Below are positions 1 through 11,867 of a DNA stretch of 64,000 nucleotides, one piece after another; position 1 is the stretch's first letter, and each line of letters opens with the position of its first letter. This DNA is from Macrostomum lignano (Eukaryota): positions 1 to 64,000 of the forward strand of contig NIVC01001381.1 in assembly GCA_002269645.1 (NCBI GenBank), written 5' to 3'. The translations under genes and the position numbers were made by a program. The notes under the pieces were generated by a model. That model did not search any database. It worked only from the letters and a program-made list of their open reading frames with translations, and was not told where the DNA came from.

Positions 1-311
1 GATTGGCACCATAAACGGGCTGGGCACGTGGTCGTAGTTCTTAATGACCACCTGTTCGCCCCAATCGAGACTACAGAGTCCATACTGTGCATCGATGTTC
101 GCCGCGACTCGAGTGACTTCCCGTTGCTGACGGGTCCACGGTCTCGGCGTTCTCAATCACCGTTGTCAGCATGGTTCGGGTTGTCGCCGTTCTCAGACGA
201 AAACTCTTTATAGTTTATGGGATTTTTATACGATACAAGCACTAATAACTGTGTTATTATGCGTCAGCTTTAGTTAAAAATGCCTCTAGTAGTAAGTAGC
301 ATGATACGAAC

Positions 312-3300
312 CTTCTCCAGCGCGGCAATGTCCTTGTTTGGCGGCTGCTCAATCTTGAAGATGTTGAGTCCCTTCCTCAAGTTGGCCTCCTGTTCCTTTA
401 GCGCGGCCAGTTGCTCTTTGAACCTCGTGATGCTCGCCAGTGCCTCCTGGTGTTCACTGCCGATGTAAACGGACCAGTTGTTGCGAACTCGTCCACCAGA
501 CTGCTGACTGACTTCTTGAAGTCCTCGGACTGTGAAATGAGATCTGTGAAGTAAGTGTGGAATTGGTTAGAATCATTCAAACTTTTAAAACTTTAGTTTG
601 AGTTTGAAAATTTGAGTTTTAACTTACTGGACTTGAACTTTTCTTTGTGCTTTCGGAGCATCTCCTCCGCGTGCACCATGGTCTCCTTAAACTGGTCCCA
701 CTGGTGCTTCAGATTGTAGCGCACTTCCATGATGTCGTCTCCAATGGGCACTTCGTACTTCTCCAGAATCTCGAACGGCTCCTCCAGTGGGTAGATCTTC
801 TCCTCCAGTTCTGGAGTTTCACTGTCCAGCTTCTCCCACAGCTGCAAGGCATCTCCCAGCTCGTCCAGGGTCTGCGGCGGTCGGCAAACATTCTCGCTCA
901 TGTCCTTCAAGTACTTGTGGAATGCCATGAGGTTGTCCGACGAGATGTCCAATAGCAGCCGCGTCAAGCGGTTCTGCCACTCTTTGCAATCAGTGGTGAT
1001 TGACATCTTCAGTTGGGTGTAGTCCAGCTGCAGGAACTTGGTCGTCACCATGGCGTCGCTGTCCATCACGCTTGTCGCCACCTCCGAGTAGCGACCTATG
1101 TCAGCGTCGAAGGATGCCACCTTCGGGTTGCCCTTCTTGTAGACTTCGAAGAACTGGTCTTTCTCTACCTCCCAGATTTCTCGGAATTTATCCCAGTAGC
1201 TAATAGCCTGAGCAACTAGACTCTGCATCTCGCTCATTCCGTTTAGAATCTGGCCCTGAATCTTGTGAATCTCCTCGTCTCCTGCGATCATGGACAGAAT
1301 GGATTGACGGTGCGACTTCTTTGCCGTCAGCTTGTCTGGCAGCCGGGAATGTCCTCCAGATTGCGAGTCAGCTGGCCGTTCATATTCACCACGGCGTTGT
1401 TGAGGTCCGGCAGGGGCGGGGTGTACACCAGCTTCGACACGCTCGAGTCGACTTCGCGTTCCAAGTCAAGCGACACGCGGAATAGTGGCATCGGCTCGTT
1501 GCGACCGTCTCCGTTGATGGCCTTACTGAGCTCCTGCAGTGACGACTTAATGTTGAGCCGGAACGCCTCTTCACATAGTCGGTCGATCTTGTCGGTGTAG
1601 CGGTACCACTGCTGCTGGACCTCGTTGCTATCTCCGGCGAAGAATTTCTGCGTTTCGCGCATCTTCTCGATCACATCTTCGTGCAGAGCCTTCAGCTTCT
1701 CCTTGACCTCCTTCTGGTGCTCGCGCTGTCGAATTTCAAACTCGTCGTTCTGGTAGACGTGATTAGAATCAATGCTGATCTGCAGAGTCTCGCTGATCTG
1801 GATGCACAGCTCCTTGATGCGCTGGTTGGAGTCCATGTACTCGTCAACCTTTCTCTGCGCTTTCAGAGCCTCCTCTCGGGTGCCTTTGATCCAGCTCTCC
1901 AGATTGTGACTGGTCCAGTTGGTTTTGGTCATGCCGACCATGAGCTTGCGGTCCACCTGCTTGATCTGCTCTTTAAACAACAGCCGCTCCTCTTGAGTGA
2001 GCTTGGCAATGACCTTGTTGTAGTCCCTGACCACCAGCATGACCCGCTCCCGGAGGTCTCTGTAGAACTTTCGCTTCTCGTACACGTCGGCAATCCAAGA
2101 CGGCGTCTCAAAGTTGAGCCGACGCCAATAGTACAACTCTTGGAAGAGTTTCAGCAGGTTCTTGTCAAAGTGGACGTTAATCATGCCGAGCTGTTCGTGA
2201 TTTTTGGCGATGACCGGCATCTGCAGGCTCTTTACCGGGTCCTGTTCAGTGACAAAGCGGGTTTGTTTTAGTATCAGATTTTCATCAAGTCACTTTAATC
2301 CACCGTTCCTGCTCCAGCAGGGGTAAAACTGCTTCCAAAAGCTCAGGAATTTTGCTTCTACCTTACTATGTCATCCAAGTGTTCTCATGATACCACAGCT
2401 TCATTTTAAAACACAGAATCGCAAGAATTGAGCGATGTTGTGTTTGAATAGCAGGTAGTTTGCAATCTTCCGAGTATTATAAAATCGAGTTAGTAGCAGG
2501 TTATAAAAATGCCGATATTGGCTCAAAAACTTCCCGATTAAAAACGAAACTCTGCGCTCTCGTTCAGTACAAGAGGAGCTATTAGGTAACCAAAAAAATC
2601 GATTCAAAGAGTAAAAAGGGCTTGCATGAAAACTAACAAAACAGAACGAAGGGACGACTTTGCTAGATCGATTTTGTTGGGGAAAATTCTATCACTCTTG
2701 TCAGTTAACAATTGGACTGAAACTTCTAAGCATACATAAACTTGATATAAACCTATATATAAACCTTCCGTCTAAAATTCTGATGTTAAAAGTACTTGAC
2801 TGGTTAATTAAAGGGCTCAAAAGGTAGACTAGTAAAGAAAAATTTTACGCTTTAAGTCCAGTTTCTGTACTGAACTTTACTTACATCACCAACCAGCGCC
2901 TCAAACTGAAAGAGTTAAACAAAAAATCGAAATGCTGATTTATTAAACTCAAACGTTACTAGCAAAAGCTGTGTCTCAGGTTGCTGGAACCCTTTCTTGA
3001 TCTTAGCGAAGCATGAAACTATGGAAAGCAAAATGCAGACAGGTAGTTACTTGCACATAGTTTAGCAAAAAGAACTCCAGTGCATTGTTGTTTTGAATTT
3101 TCAGCAAAAACTTATTGTAAGATTAACAAAGCACAGCATTTCGTTTTTGGATTTTTTTAGAATCGAAGACAGTATAAATGAGACACACAAGATGTTAAGC
3201 TTCAAACGTTTCACTTTCCAATTTTTAACTTACCGTCAGCTGCAAAGTTCAAGCGAGTCGGTGTTTTGAAATTTGAAAAAAACATAGTAACTCAAATCGA

Positions 3301-5897
3301 TTTTTATGCATGAAATCTTTTTTAAATCTACAGGACACAAAGTCATTGGGTCCCATTCTTCCGTTCCCAATGACTCCCTGACAATGCTTGCAGATTCGGT
3401 ACACATTTGTTGTACTTTTGTGTGCCAGCGGTTTGATAGCAGCATAGAGAGCAGGATTACATATCGGGATGCACAACTGCTGCCAGTGCATGCCTAGAGC
3501 TGGATGTCAGCTTAACCCGAGATCCCCTGGGATACAATGACACATTGACACCCTTGAAACAAAGCAACACAATACCAAAATTGATTCTCACCCGCTCAAT
3601 GGTGCCCTGGAACTCGATGTGGTTCTTCCTGACGACCTCCTCGAGCGCCTGGCACAGCTGGGCGTAGGCGGCTCGAGTCTCGGCCGCATTGGAGACGGCG
3701 GGCAGGAAGTGAGCCCGGTCCAGGAAGCCCATCCCGCGCTCCATTCTGCGCTTGACGATCCGGGCCCAGTGGCCGTTGCCAGCGAAGCGCGGGTGGCCCA
3801 ACGGCGGGAGGCCAGACGAAGTGTGCTGCGACATCTCGCGCTTGGCCCAGTTCATCTCTTCGTTGAACATCTTGAACACCTGCTGGGTCTTCTTGTCGAT
3901 GGCTCGCTTGATTGATTCTCTGGACTGCAGGTGGGCGAACACGTCCAGGATCTCGATGCCCTGCTCCACGGAAGTGACGATGTCGATGAAGGCCGTGTAG
4001 ATGCCGTTCTGAATCATCACCTCCAGATCCTTGATGCCCGCTCGGAATCTATTGTAATCATCGTGCCAAGACGTCGCTTTTACATCCAAAATGGTGTTTT
4101 TCTTGTCCCTGAGGGTCTTGAGCAGCTTCTCGAACATGCTCTCCACCTGGAGCAGGATGGCCGAGATCTCCGGGCCGCGTGCGCCGCCAAAAATTGGCAG
4201 CTCCTTCTTGTTGCCCTCCTCGTAGCGAGCGAAGTGGCTCTGACACTCGCAGATCTCCAGCAGGTCTTTGCAGCGCTGGATGAACGCGTCCACCTGGGCA
4301 AAGATGCTGCCCTCGTCCAGGTCCCACGGGTCCTTGGAGAATCGCTGATGGATTTCTGCGGTCTGGAATGGAAAGCAACATATAATATAATTTTGGATGA
4401 AAATGGCTGTGACGGGAGATTGGCAGAATACCTGGAGTGAAAAAAATCTCACCTTAGTATAGATTCCTTCCATTTTTTGCAGCAGGTGATGCACTCGTTC
4501 AGGCTGTTTACGCTAGAAGTGATGTAGCCCTGGAAGATTTTGTCTAGCGAAATCTCGGCGCAGCATCGCCGGATGATTTCGTTGCTGAGCTTGCGGAAGA
4601 TGCCAGTCATGGACTCCTTATTATTGTAGTGGTCGGAGTTGGTCCAGATCATTCGGATGCGGTTGACCAGTTTCTGCAGCATGCCGGGGATGTCCTTCGG
4701 CTTGGCGTCGGCCAGCTCGTAGCACATGTCCTTCAGCGACGTGAGGAACTTCAAGTTGCTCTGCGCTTGAGCCGTGTTCTTCTTAATCTCGCTGGCCAGT
4801 TTGAGAAAGTTGGCCACGTAGGAAGATTTCGCGGCCTCGAGGTGGGCAGTGATCTTCTTGACGCCCGGCTTGTCCAGCTGCTTGCTGATGCCCGAGAGAT
4901 CCTCGCAGCGGTTCTTCCAAAAGTTGATCTCGTCCAACGGTCCCGCCTTGTCGTCGTCATCGAAGGCATTCTGCGACCCCGTGACGTCTTTGATCTGGCG
5001 AGTCCAGTGAATTAGGATCATCTCCAGCCGCTGAATCAAGTCTTTGTCCTTTGCAGCCTCCTCCGATGTGAGGTCCATGCCCTCGATTGGGACGTACAAC
5101 ACAGTTTTGTCCTCCAGCTTCCACCGGGTGTCAGTCAGCGAGCTCATAAACTTGTGCAGCTGCAGCGAGAAGTCGTTTCTGATGGTGTCCGGCCAGTCTT
5201 TGTTGGCAAAGAACACCGGAGCGTAGAGCTCGTTCATGACCCGCAGCATGCAGTCGATGCCCATACCGCTAATGCTGCCGTACTGTATCAGATCGTTGAA
5301 ATTCTCCACGGTGATCTCCTGGCCTTCCTCGATGGTGCTGGACTTCATGAAATAGAAGAATTCGGTCAGCCTCATCGTTGGGAAGCTGGTATCAAACTGC
5401 AGACCTGCCTTGGGGTGAGCGTAGGCCACCAGGAGGTTGCTGTGGCTGCTCTGCAGGAATTCAGTCTCGATGAAGACCGCGTGCTCCTCAGTGAAGGTTT
5501 CGTCCATCAAGTAGTCTGTGAGGACAATCTTGGACTTGATGAGATCCAGCACTGTCAGTTTGGCGGCCTCTGCTTCAGCTTCCGCCGCTGCTGCTGCCGC
5601 TGCTGCGGCTGCCGCGGCCTCTTCGTTGTTCTCAGCGATCGCCACCTCACCGCCTTCTCCATCCGCAGGCTGCTCGGCGCCAGCTGCGTCAGCTGCAGCA
5701 CTCGGCGTCGCTGGTGCTGCTGGCGGCGCCGCCTCACCGCCGCCAGCGCCGCTACTCGAGCGCGACTTCTCCTTTTCTGTGTCGGCTTTCTCCGTCTCTT
5801 CGGTGACATCAGCGGCCGGTTCCATGTCGACCGGCAGGTGTTTATCAGGCGCCTCTGCGCCCTCCTCTGCTATGTTTGTGTCGCCCGCTTGAGACAT
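312..5897 (-). CDS. DNAH2: Axonemal dynein heavy chain, DNAH2-like, N-terminal tail (DHC_N1 region to just before DHC_N2); the gene continues left of the last exon found. Exons 5897-4453, 4362-3592, 2241-628, 543-312; three apparent -1 frameshifts
   Basis: Translations match DNAH2 motifs as I recall them: LEMILIHWTRQIK, GPLDEINFWKNRCEDLSGISKQL, SIFAQVDAFIQRCKDLLEICECQ, WHDDYNRFRAGIKDLEVM, LQELSKAINGDG, PPQTLDELG, NIFKIEQPP. GT-AG junctions read directly: donor GTGAG 4452/acceptor 4363, GTGAG 3591/acceptor 2242, GTAAG 627/acceptor 544, GTTCG 311. ATG at 5897, with a splice acceptor (ttgtttgcag) ending at 5932. Confidence 0.93.
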
Positions 5898-7649
5898 TGC
5901 AGGCAAGTCAGTTGAGTTTGTGTGCTAGACTCTGCAAACAAGATTTGAAAGCATTTTTAAATTTTTTAATTTTCCTAAGCAAATATTTTTCGTCTAAGTT
6001 ATGATTTTTAAAAGACATATACAAAGGCTGAAAATAATAAACACTAAAGACCTGGGTTACTACTGAAAATTCCCTGTAATTGTGTTCATCGATGTAAACA
6101 TTATATTTATTGAAAGCATTGTACATGCTTCTTGAATCCACATTCAACGAATACCATTTAAGATAGTAAAATCCGAGCTACAATAATTTTTCCCAGAACT
6201 ATGTATTGAGGTAATTAGCTAAAGTGTGCCTACCATGAAAATTCCGATATTTAGCAATATAAATCTACATAAATGAATTATAAATAAAACGTAACGATAT
6301 GATCAAATTAATTCATGTAATTCTCTATTAGATTCATCCTGACTCTTCCCGTAGAATGATTAGTTATTACTCAATTATCAATAAAAATATTAGAATAGAT
6401 TATATAAAAACTCTGATTAAACTACACAAAAAGAAAATTTTAAACCGAAACGTAAACACATTAAACAATGGTAAAAAACATTTGTTTAAAGAATTTTTGA
6501 AAACTAACTAGAAGTTGGTAAATGGCAAAAGACGGCAAAATTAACCTACAAAAGTTGAAACTAATATTTAGAATTTCGAGAATAGAATTATTACAGTACA
6601 CCAATAAGAACGCAACAGATACAGGTTTGCGTATTTCCAAGGTAAAGAATGTTTTAAGATTCATTCTAATCAAAGCCACTGAGTTGTCAAGGCGATATTT
6701 TTATGCTATCTTAAGAATATAAAACTTTTTTTTCACTTTAAACATGTATTTTGAAAAACAAAAGAGAACCATGTTTCGTGTGTAAAGTACCTAGACAAAT
6801 AAAGCAAACCTGTTTTCTTATACTTGTCACTGAATTTGCTATACGCGCAAATTTGAAACGTAGGAAAAGTTGCAGGCAAAATTTTTATAATTAACTTTTA
6901 AACGATCGATAGTTTCAATCTGATAATCTCAACCACGCACTGATTCACTTAGTGTGACTCAGCCCTTCAGTTTCATTTACTGATCTATCTTATAGCTTAT
7001 AGTACAGTACAAAATACTTTCTATAACACATTAGACTAGAGTTTAGAGTGTAGTTGTAATAATTCTAATTTTACGCCCAAATTTGCAGGCTAACAAAGCT
7101 GTTTGACAAACTCGATTTATCAGCATACGGTTAGGACTGCAAGTTGTATTTATTCCCATCTGGTTTGGCCTTTCACTTAAACAGTTGCACCAGTAAATTG
7201 CAGTAATACAGTAGGCCTATTGTTATTGTTAGGTATAATAACAAGTACTAGGCCCTGTACTGTAGCTTAAAATATAAAACTGCTTAAAAACGAAAGTATC
7301 TGGAAACAATGAAAATACAAATTGTTTCTATCATAAAACTTCTATGCCTTGTTCTTGCTTCTGATATATTTGCTCTGGAGTATACATGTAAGTTGAAGTT
7401 TAAATATTTTGATATTTTAGTGGCTGAAATAAATTAAAGTTAAAATAATTCTTATTGTTTTGTTGTTTTAAAGCAAATTTAACTAGATTCTTGAAGTAAA
7501 AGTATATTTAGCTATTGTCAAGTTCTATAATTATATTACTAATAATATACCTAATAAATGTTTGCCATTGTACACACATACTATTAAAGTTCTAAGCCTC
7601 AATATAATTATAAAAAAGAGGAGATATGGGCAAAGTGAGACTGTGAGAT

Positions 7650-9543
7650 GGTCCCTGGACATTTCGGTGACAAGACGTTTCGGTGACAGCCTTTTCGGTG
7701 ACAATTTAGGACGTTTCGGTGACAAATTTAGACAATTCGGTGACATGTTTTAAAAATGAAAGTTAATTTTGTCTGTAAGATAATAAACTCATGAACAAGA
7801 CTTTTATACTCAGACCTCGTCATATTTTATTGTTTTGCGTTGATTTCGTAACTGACTTTGTTATATCTCTACACTTAAAAAAGGGTCATCTGCATTTCTA
7901 GATAAGGTCAGTCGGCCGACGCGACACGTCAAGTCGCCTATTTTACACATTATAGCGGCATCATTTTTGCAATACTATCTGGATATATACCTGTGTTCAA
8001 GGCAACTTGTGTAAAAAATGTACATGTAGCATATTTTCATGATCGAGTCGCCTGATCGATCTACTGTTTTGATGCAAACAAAAGTTGTGGTTGTTGTATA
8101 GTTTGTTACTCTACTATCAGGGCTATGGAAGAAGGGGCCAGGACATTCCATTGCTTTATCCCCAGCTGAACCCCGACCCCACTTTAATTTGTTGACCTGT
8201 TATATGGAAATAATGTATATACATGAAGAAATTTAGTCATGTACAATCTACATGTACAATTGTTGGCATGGTAGACCGGTAGACTGTTAATTGGCTGTAT
8301 GATTGCTGACCATATTGACCAGGAAAGTCAAAGGAAAGAGGAGGGAAAGGACGTGAGGCCACTAAGTTAATAAATTGCATAGTTCACTTTTCAGAACTTA
8401 CTTTAAATGTTTATTGCTATGCTACGTAAATAGGCAATTCCAGTATTTAATCTTTCTTCATTGTTCGATCGATATTAGCACCTTTGATAGTTCAAATGTT
8501 GCAAAACAGTAAAGCTCGTTAAGTGAACCAATTGGGCTTAGTGAATCGAATTTTGATATCTACATGTATTTAATTACTAACAATGCTAATTCTAGAATGG
8601 CAACAAGCAACAATGATTTGGTTGCGCGTTAATTGCTACCGTGATAAAGCAAAATCATTGCTAGCAGAGAAGCATTGCTTGTACGGTGATATAATGTTTG
8701 CTTTTGCCACGACACTAGGGTTAGCAAAGTATATGTAGAACAATGGCCATTGCGTATGAAATATGAATGGGCCCCCCCATGAATTTAAAGACTCGGTATC
8801 CGAGAGGCGCTACGACTATATACATGTAACTTCTACCAAACTCGAGCGATAGTTCTTCGAATTCTAGACGCATGCATAATTCACGGCTCTGCTGGTTCTA
8901 ACCTTTAATCAGTCAAAATTTTAGTTATTTAATGGACGCGATTACTGCCCAAAATGCAACAAAAAGCTCTTTTGCACTTATTTTAGCGCCGCATCTGCAC
9001 TTATTTTAGCGCCGCATCTGCACTTATTTTAGCGCCGCATCTGCACTTATTTTAGCGCAGTAGCTGCACTTATTTCAGTGCCGCAGGCAATTTTGGTGCC
9101 GCAGGCGCTATTTTTTGCCGCCATAAAACATGCACATTATTGATTTCCGTATATAACAGGTCAACAAATCAACAAACTTGACGTGTCGTGTCGGCCGACC
9201 ATCAGTGTCACAATCACGTAGCAAAATAGGACACGTTTTTTTCGGCTTCAGAAGCAGTCAATACATGTTTTGTGTACGAAAATGTATTCAGCCCGGCCGA
9301 CTGACCTTTTCTAGAAATGCAGATTACCCTTTTATTTAAGTGTAGAGATATAACAAAGTCTGTTACGAAGTCAACGCAAAACGATAATATATGACGAGTT
9401 CTGAGTATTAAAGTCTTGTTCATGAGTTTATTATCTTACAGACAAAATTAACTTTCACTTTTAAAACGTGTCACCAAATTGTCTAAATTTGTCACCGAAA
9501 AGGCTGTCACCGAAACGTCTTGTCACCAAAATGTCCAGGGACC
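7650..9543. mobile_element. Non-autonomous DNA transposon, about 1.9 kb, with long (about 270-290 bp) TIRs and 8-bp TSD (MULE/Foldback- or Merlin-like)
   Basis: GGTCCCTGGACATTT... at 7650 is the reverse complement of ...AATGTCCAGGGACC ending at 9543. Inverted similarity extends to about 7935 and 9176. Both flanks read TGTGAGAT (7642-7649, 9544-9551). TIRs carry TTCGGTGACA subrepeats. No internal ORF. Confidence 0.9.
8974..9125. repeat. 23-bp tandem repeat GCACTTATTTTAGCGCCGCATCT, 4-5 copies then degenerating
   Basis: Units start at 8974, 8997, 9020, 9043, 9066. Confidence 0.9.
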
Positions 9544-9550
9544 TGTGAGA

Positions 9551-10477
9551 TCAGTTTTTTCTTAACATAGTCTCCCCCAACCAAGATGCACTTATGGCAT
9601 CTTGATTGCAGCGCCTCAATATTACTCTTGGAAGAATAGGCTGTGTGTAGCAGCTCTCAGAACCCTGTGACACTGACAGCAGCCTTGGCAATCCTGCTGG
9701 TGTGGGCTGGTGCATTGTCGTGCAGCAGCACAACACCTCGGCTCAGCATCCCTTGCCTATTTTCCTTGATTGCCTCGCATAGATGGGCGATTAGGTCAGC
9801 GTAATAGGCGCCTGTGACTGTGACTATCTGCTTGTGCGGTAGAAAGTCCAGCAGCAGCGGGCCCTTGGCATCCCAGAAGACGGTCAGCATAATCTTGCCC
9901 GCACTGCATGCAGTCTGTGCCTTCAGTGGTGCAGGTGAACCAACTGGCAGCCACTGCTTAGACTTGGGATCGTGGTGATAGATCCACATCTCATCCCTGG
10001 TCACGCAGCAAGACAGAAAATTGGCAGGGTCCAGATCATAGGAGTCTAGGACAAGCTTTGAGTACTGCACCCATGCAGTCTTTTGGTCCCTTGTCAAGAT
10101 TTGTGGGATCCATCTGGCAGAAACCTTGGACAGATGAAGATACTAGTATAGGATCTCAATGACTTGCGGGTCAGAGTCTAGTATATGTTGCAAGTTGCCT
10201 GACTTTCACCTGCCAGTCACTGTCAACCAGAGCCTGGATGCGCTAGATGTTGTTGGCTGTGACAGCAGTCTAGGGCGTCCATATTAGGGGTCATCTTTGA
10301 GCGAGTCACAGCCTCGCTTGAACTTGGCTGCCTAGCGCTTGATAGTGAAATATGAGGGGCAATGTCAGCGTACACACTAGCCATGGGGCTTTGAATTTCA
10401 GCAGGCTTTGAGCCTTCCAGAGTCAGAAATTTGACCACTGCCCTGTGCTCAAGCTTCAATTCTTAAGAAAATGCCAT
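9551..10477 (-). pseudogene. Mariner transposase pseudogene (stops, frameshifts, internal deletion removing the third catalytic Asp)
   Basis: N-terminal EHRAVVKFLTLEG..PAEI, RWIPQILT (WVPxxL motif), VTRDEMWIYHHDP, AGKIMLTVFWD, LLHDNAPAH, then LLHTAYS joined directly to C-terminal KCILVGGDYVKK; the YSPDLAPxD segment is missing. Confidence 0.9.
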
Positions 10478-11867
10478 GGGGTGCTAGAAATAAAATGGTG
10501 CAGTGGGACTTAGGGAATGCAGAAAATTCTAAAAAGTTGACAATAGACTATTAACATGTGGCACTTTTAGAGCCTAAAGTTTCAACATTTTGCCACTATA
10601 AGATCTTGGTCAGGCTCGGAACTTTTTTAGTGCCCCTGTACTATTGTAGAATTAGCAAAGCATATAATAAATATATGTGTAACAAAGATATAATCTATAG
10701 ATAATGATAGTCTTTAAATAAAATTTTAGTTTTAGTCTTAAGGACTTTAATAAGGGTCCTTTGACTTTCTGAGTCTTTTAAGATAATTAAATTTTAGTAA
10801 AATGAAAAAAGGTTCTTTTAAAATGAAAAAAAAATATTATAACAATAATATTAATTTAATTATATAGAATTTCCAATTAAAATGTTTAATTTTCATTTCC
10901 AATTATTAAATATTAAATTTTATATAGAAAGTTTAAGATATAAAAATGCTTCAAATCAAACCATTCTAAAAAGTAAGACACTATATCTTTTTTACTTTGG
11001 AAAATGAAACTTATCTAATAAAATGACTTATAAAATTTCATTAGGCTTTAGGGTCTAAAGTCCAGTAAAGTCCCTAGGGCCTAGTTTTAGTGACATCAAC
11101 TTAAACTTTAAGTTTTGCTTAGATAAATGAAATATTTATTTTAGATTAGTAGTAATACTTATTGTGTATTATCTTATAATTTAATTTTTAATGTAATGTT
11201 TTTGAATGAACTTGTGCCAATATTTTTGTATACTAACTAAATTGACTTACATTGTTATAAAAATATTATAAACTCAATTTTTAAGACCTTTATTAAAATA
11301 GAGAATAGTAAATGCCTTAAATAATTAAATAAGTTGTTATAAAGCATCCAAAAGTGAACAATAAACATCAAAGTTGAAAAGTGATGTTTGCTTTTAAAGG
11401 CTTGCAAGTTTTTAATAAATATTCTAACTAGACAATGTAGGGTAGACTTGGCAAAATCTAGCCTCCAAGATATATATGGCTAAGGTTTCTATTTCTTTTA
11501 AGCTCTCTTTTCTTTTCTTTCTCTTATCTTCTCTTCTCTCTTGTCCTCTTATCCTCACCTGGCTTTTGTTCTAGATGTCACCCATTTTTTATCCAGTTTT
11601 GGGGGTTCTTTCTAGGAAAAATCCAGAGAAAAGTAATGCATAAGTTGCACTCTTGGGTGAAAACTAGAATTTTAGCTAGATGAATTGTTGGACCATTGTT
11701 TGACCCACATAATATAGAGCCTTATGTTTTGAAAATATTGCTTTTATAATTCCTGCTTGTATATAGAACAATATTTTGAGACATCAGGCTATGTAGCTAG
11801 TTTTTATTTAGCAAGTCAACCTTTTGTCAATAATTAACTATTATTCTTCATTTTTCAACCTTTTTAG

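Larger units (their letters stand above)
7573..10638 (-). mobile_element. Degenerate mariner (Tc1/mariner) element interrupted by a nested long-TIR element
   Basis: Minus-strand TA+CAGGGGCACTAAAAAAGTTCCGAGCCTGA at 10640-10610; degenerate inverted copy TACACACATACTATTAAAGTTCTAAGCCTCA at 7571-7601 (21/31 identical by eye); transposase remnants lie between them. Confidence 0.72.

Noticed and set aside
647-5915. Many plus-strand ORFs of 100-250 aa opposite DNAH2 (likewise opposite MCT, CRELD and CTL-PAN)
   Set aside because: Antisense shadows of GC-rich coding sequence; no independent motifs or splice support.
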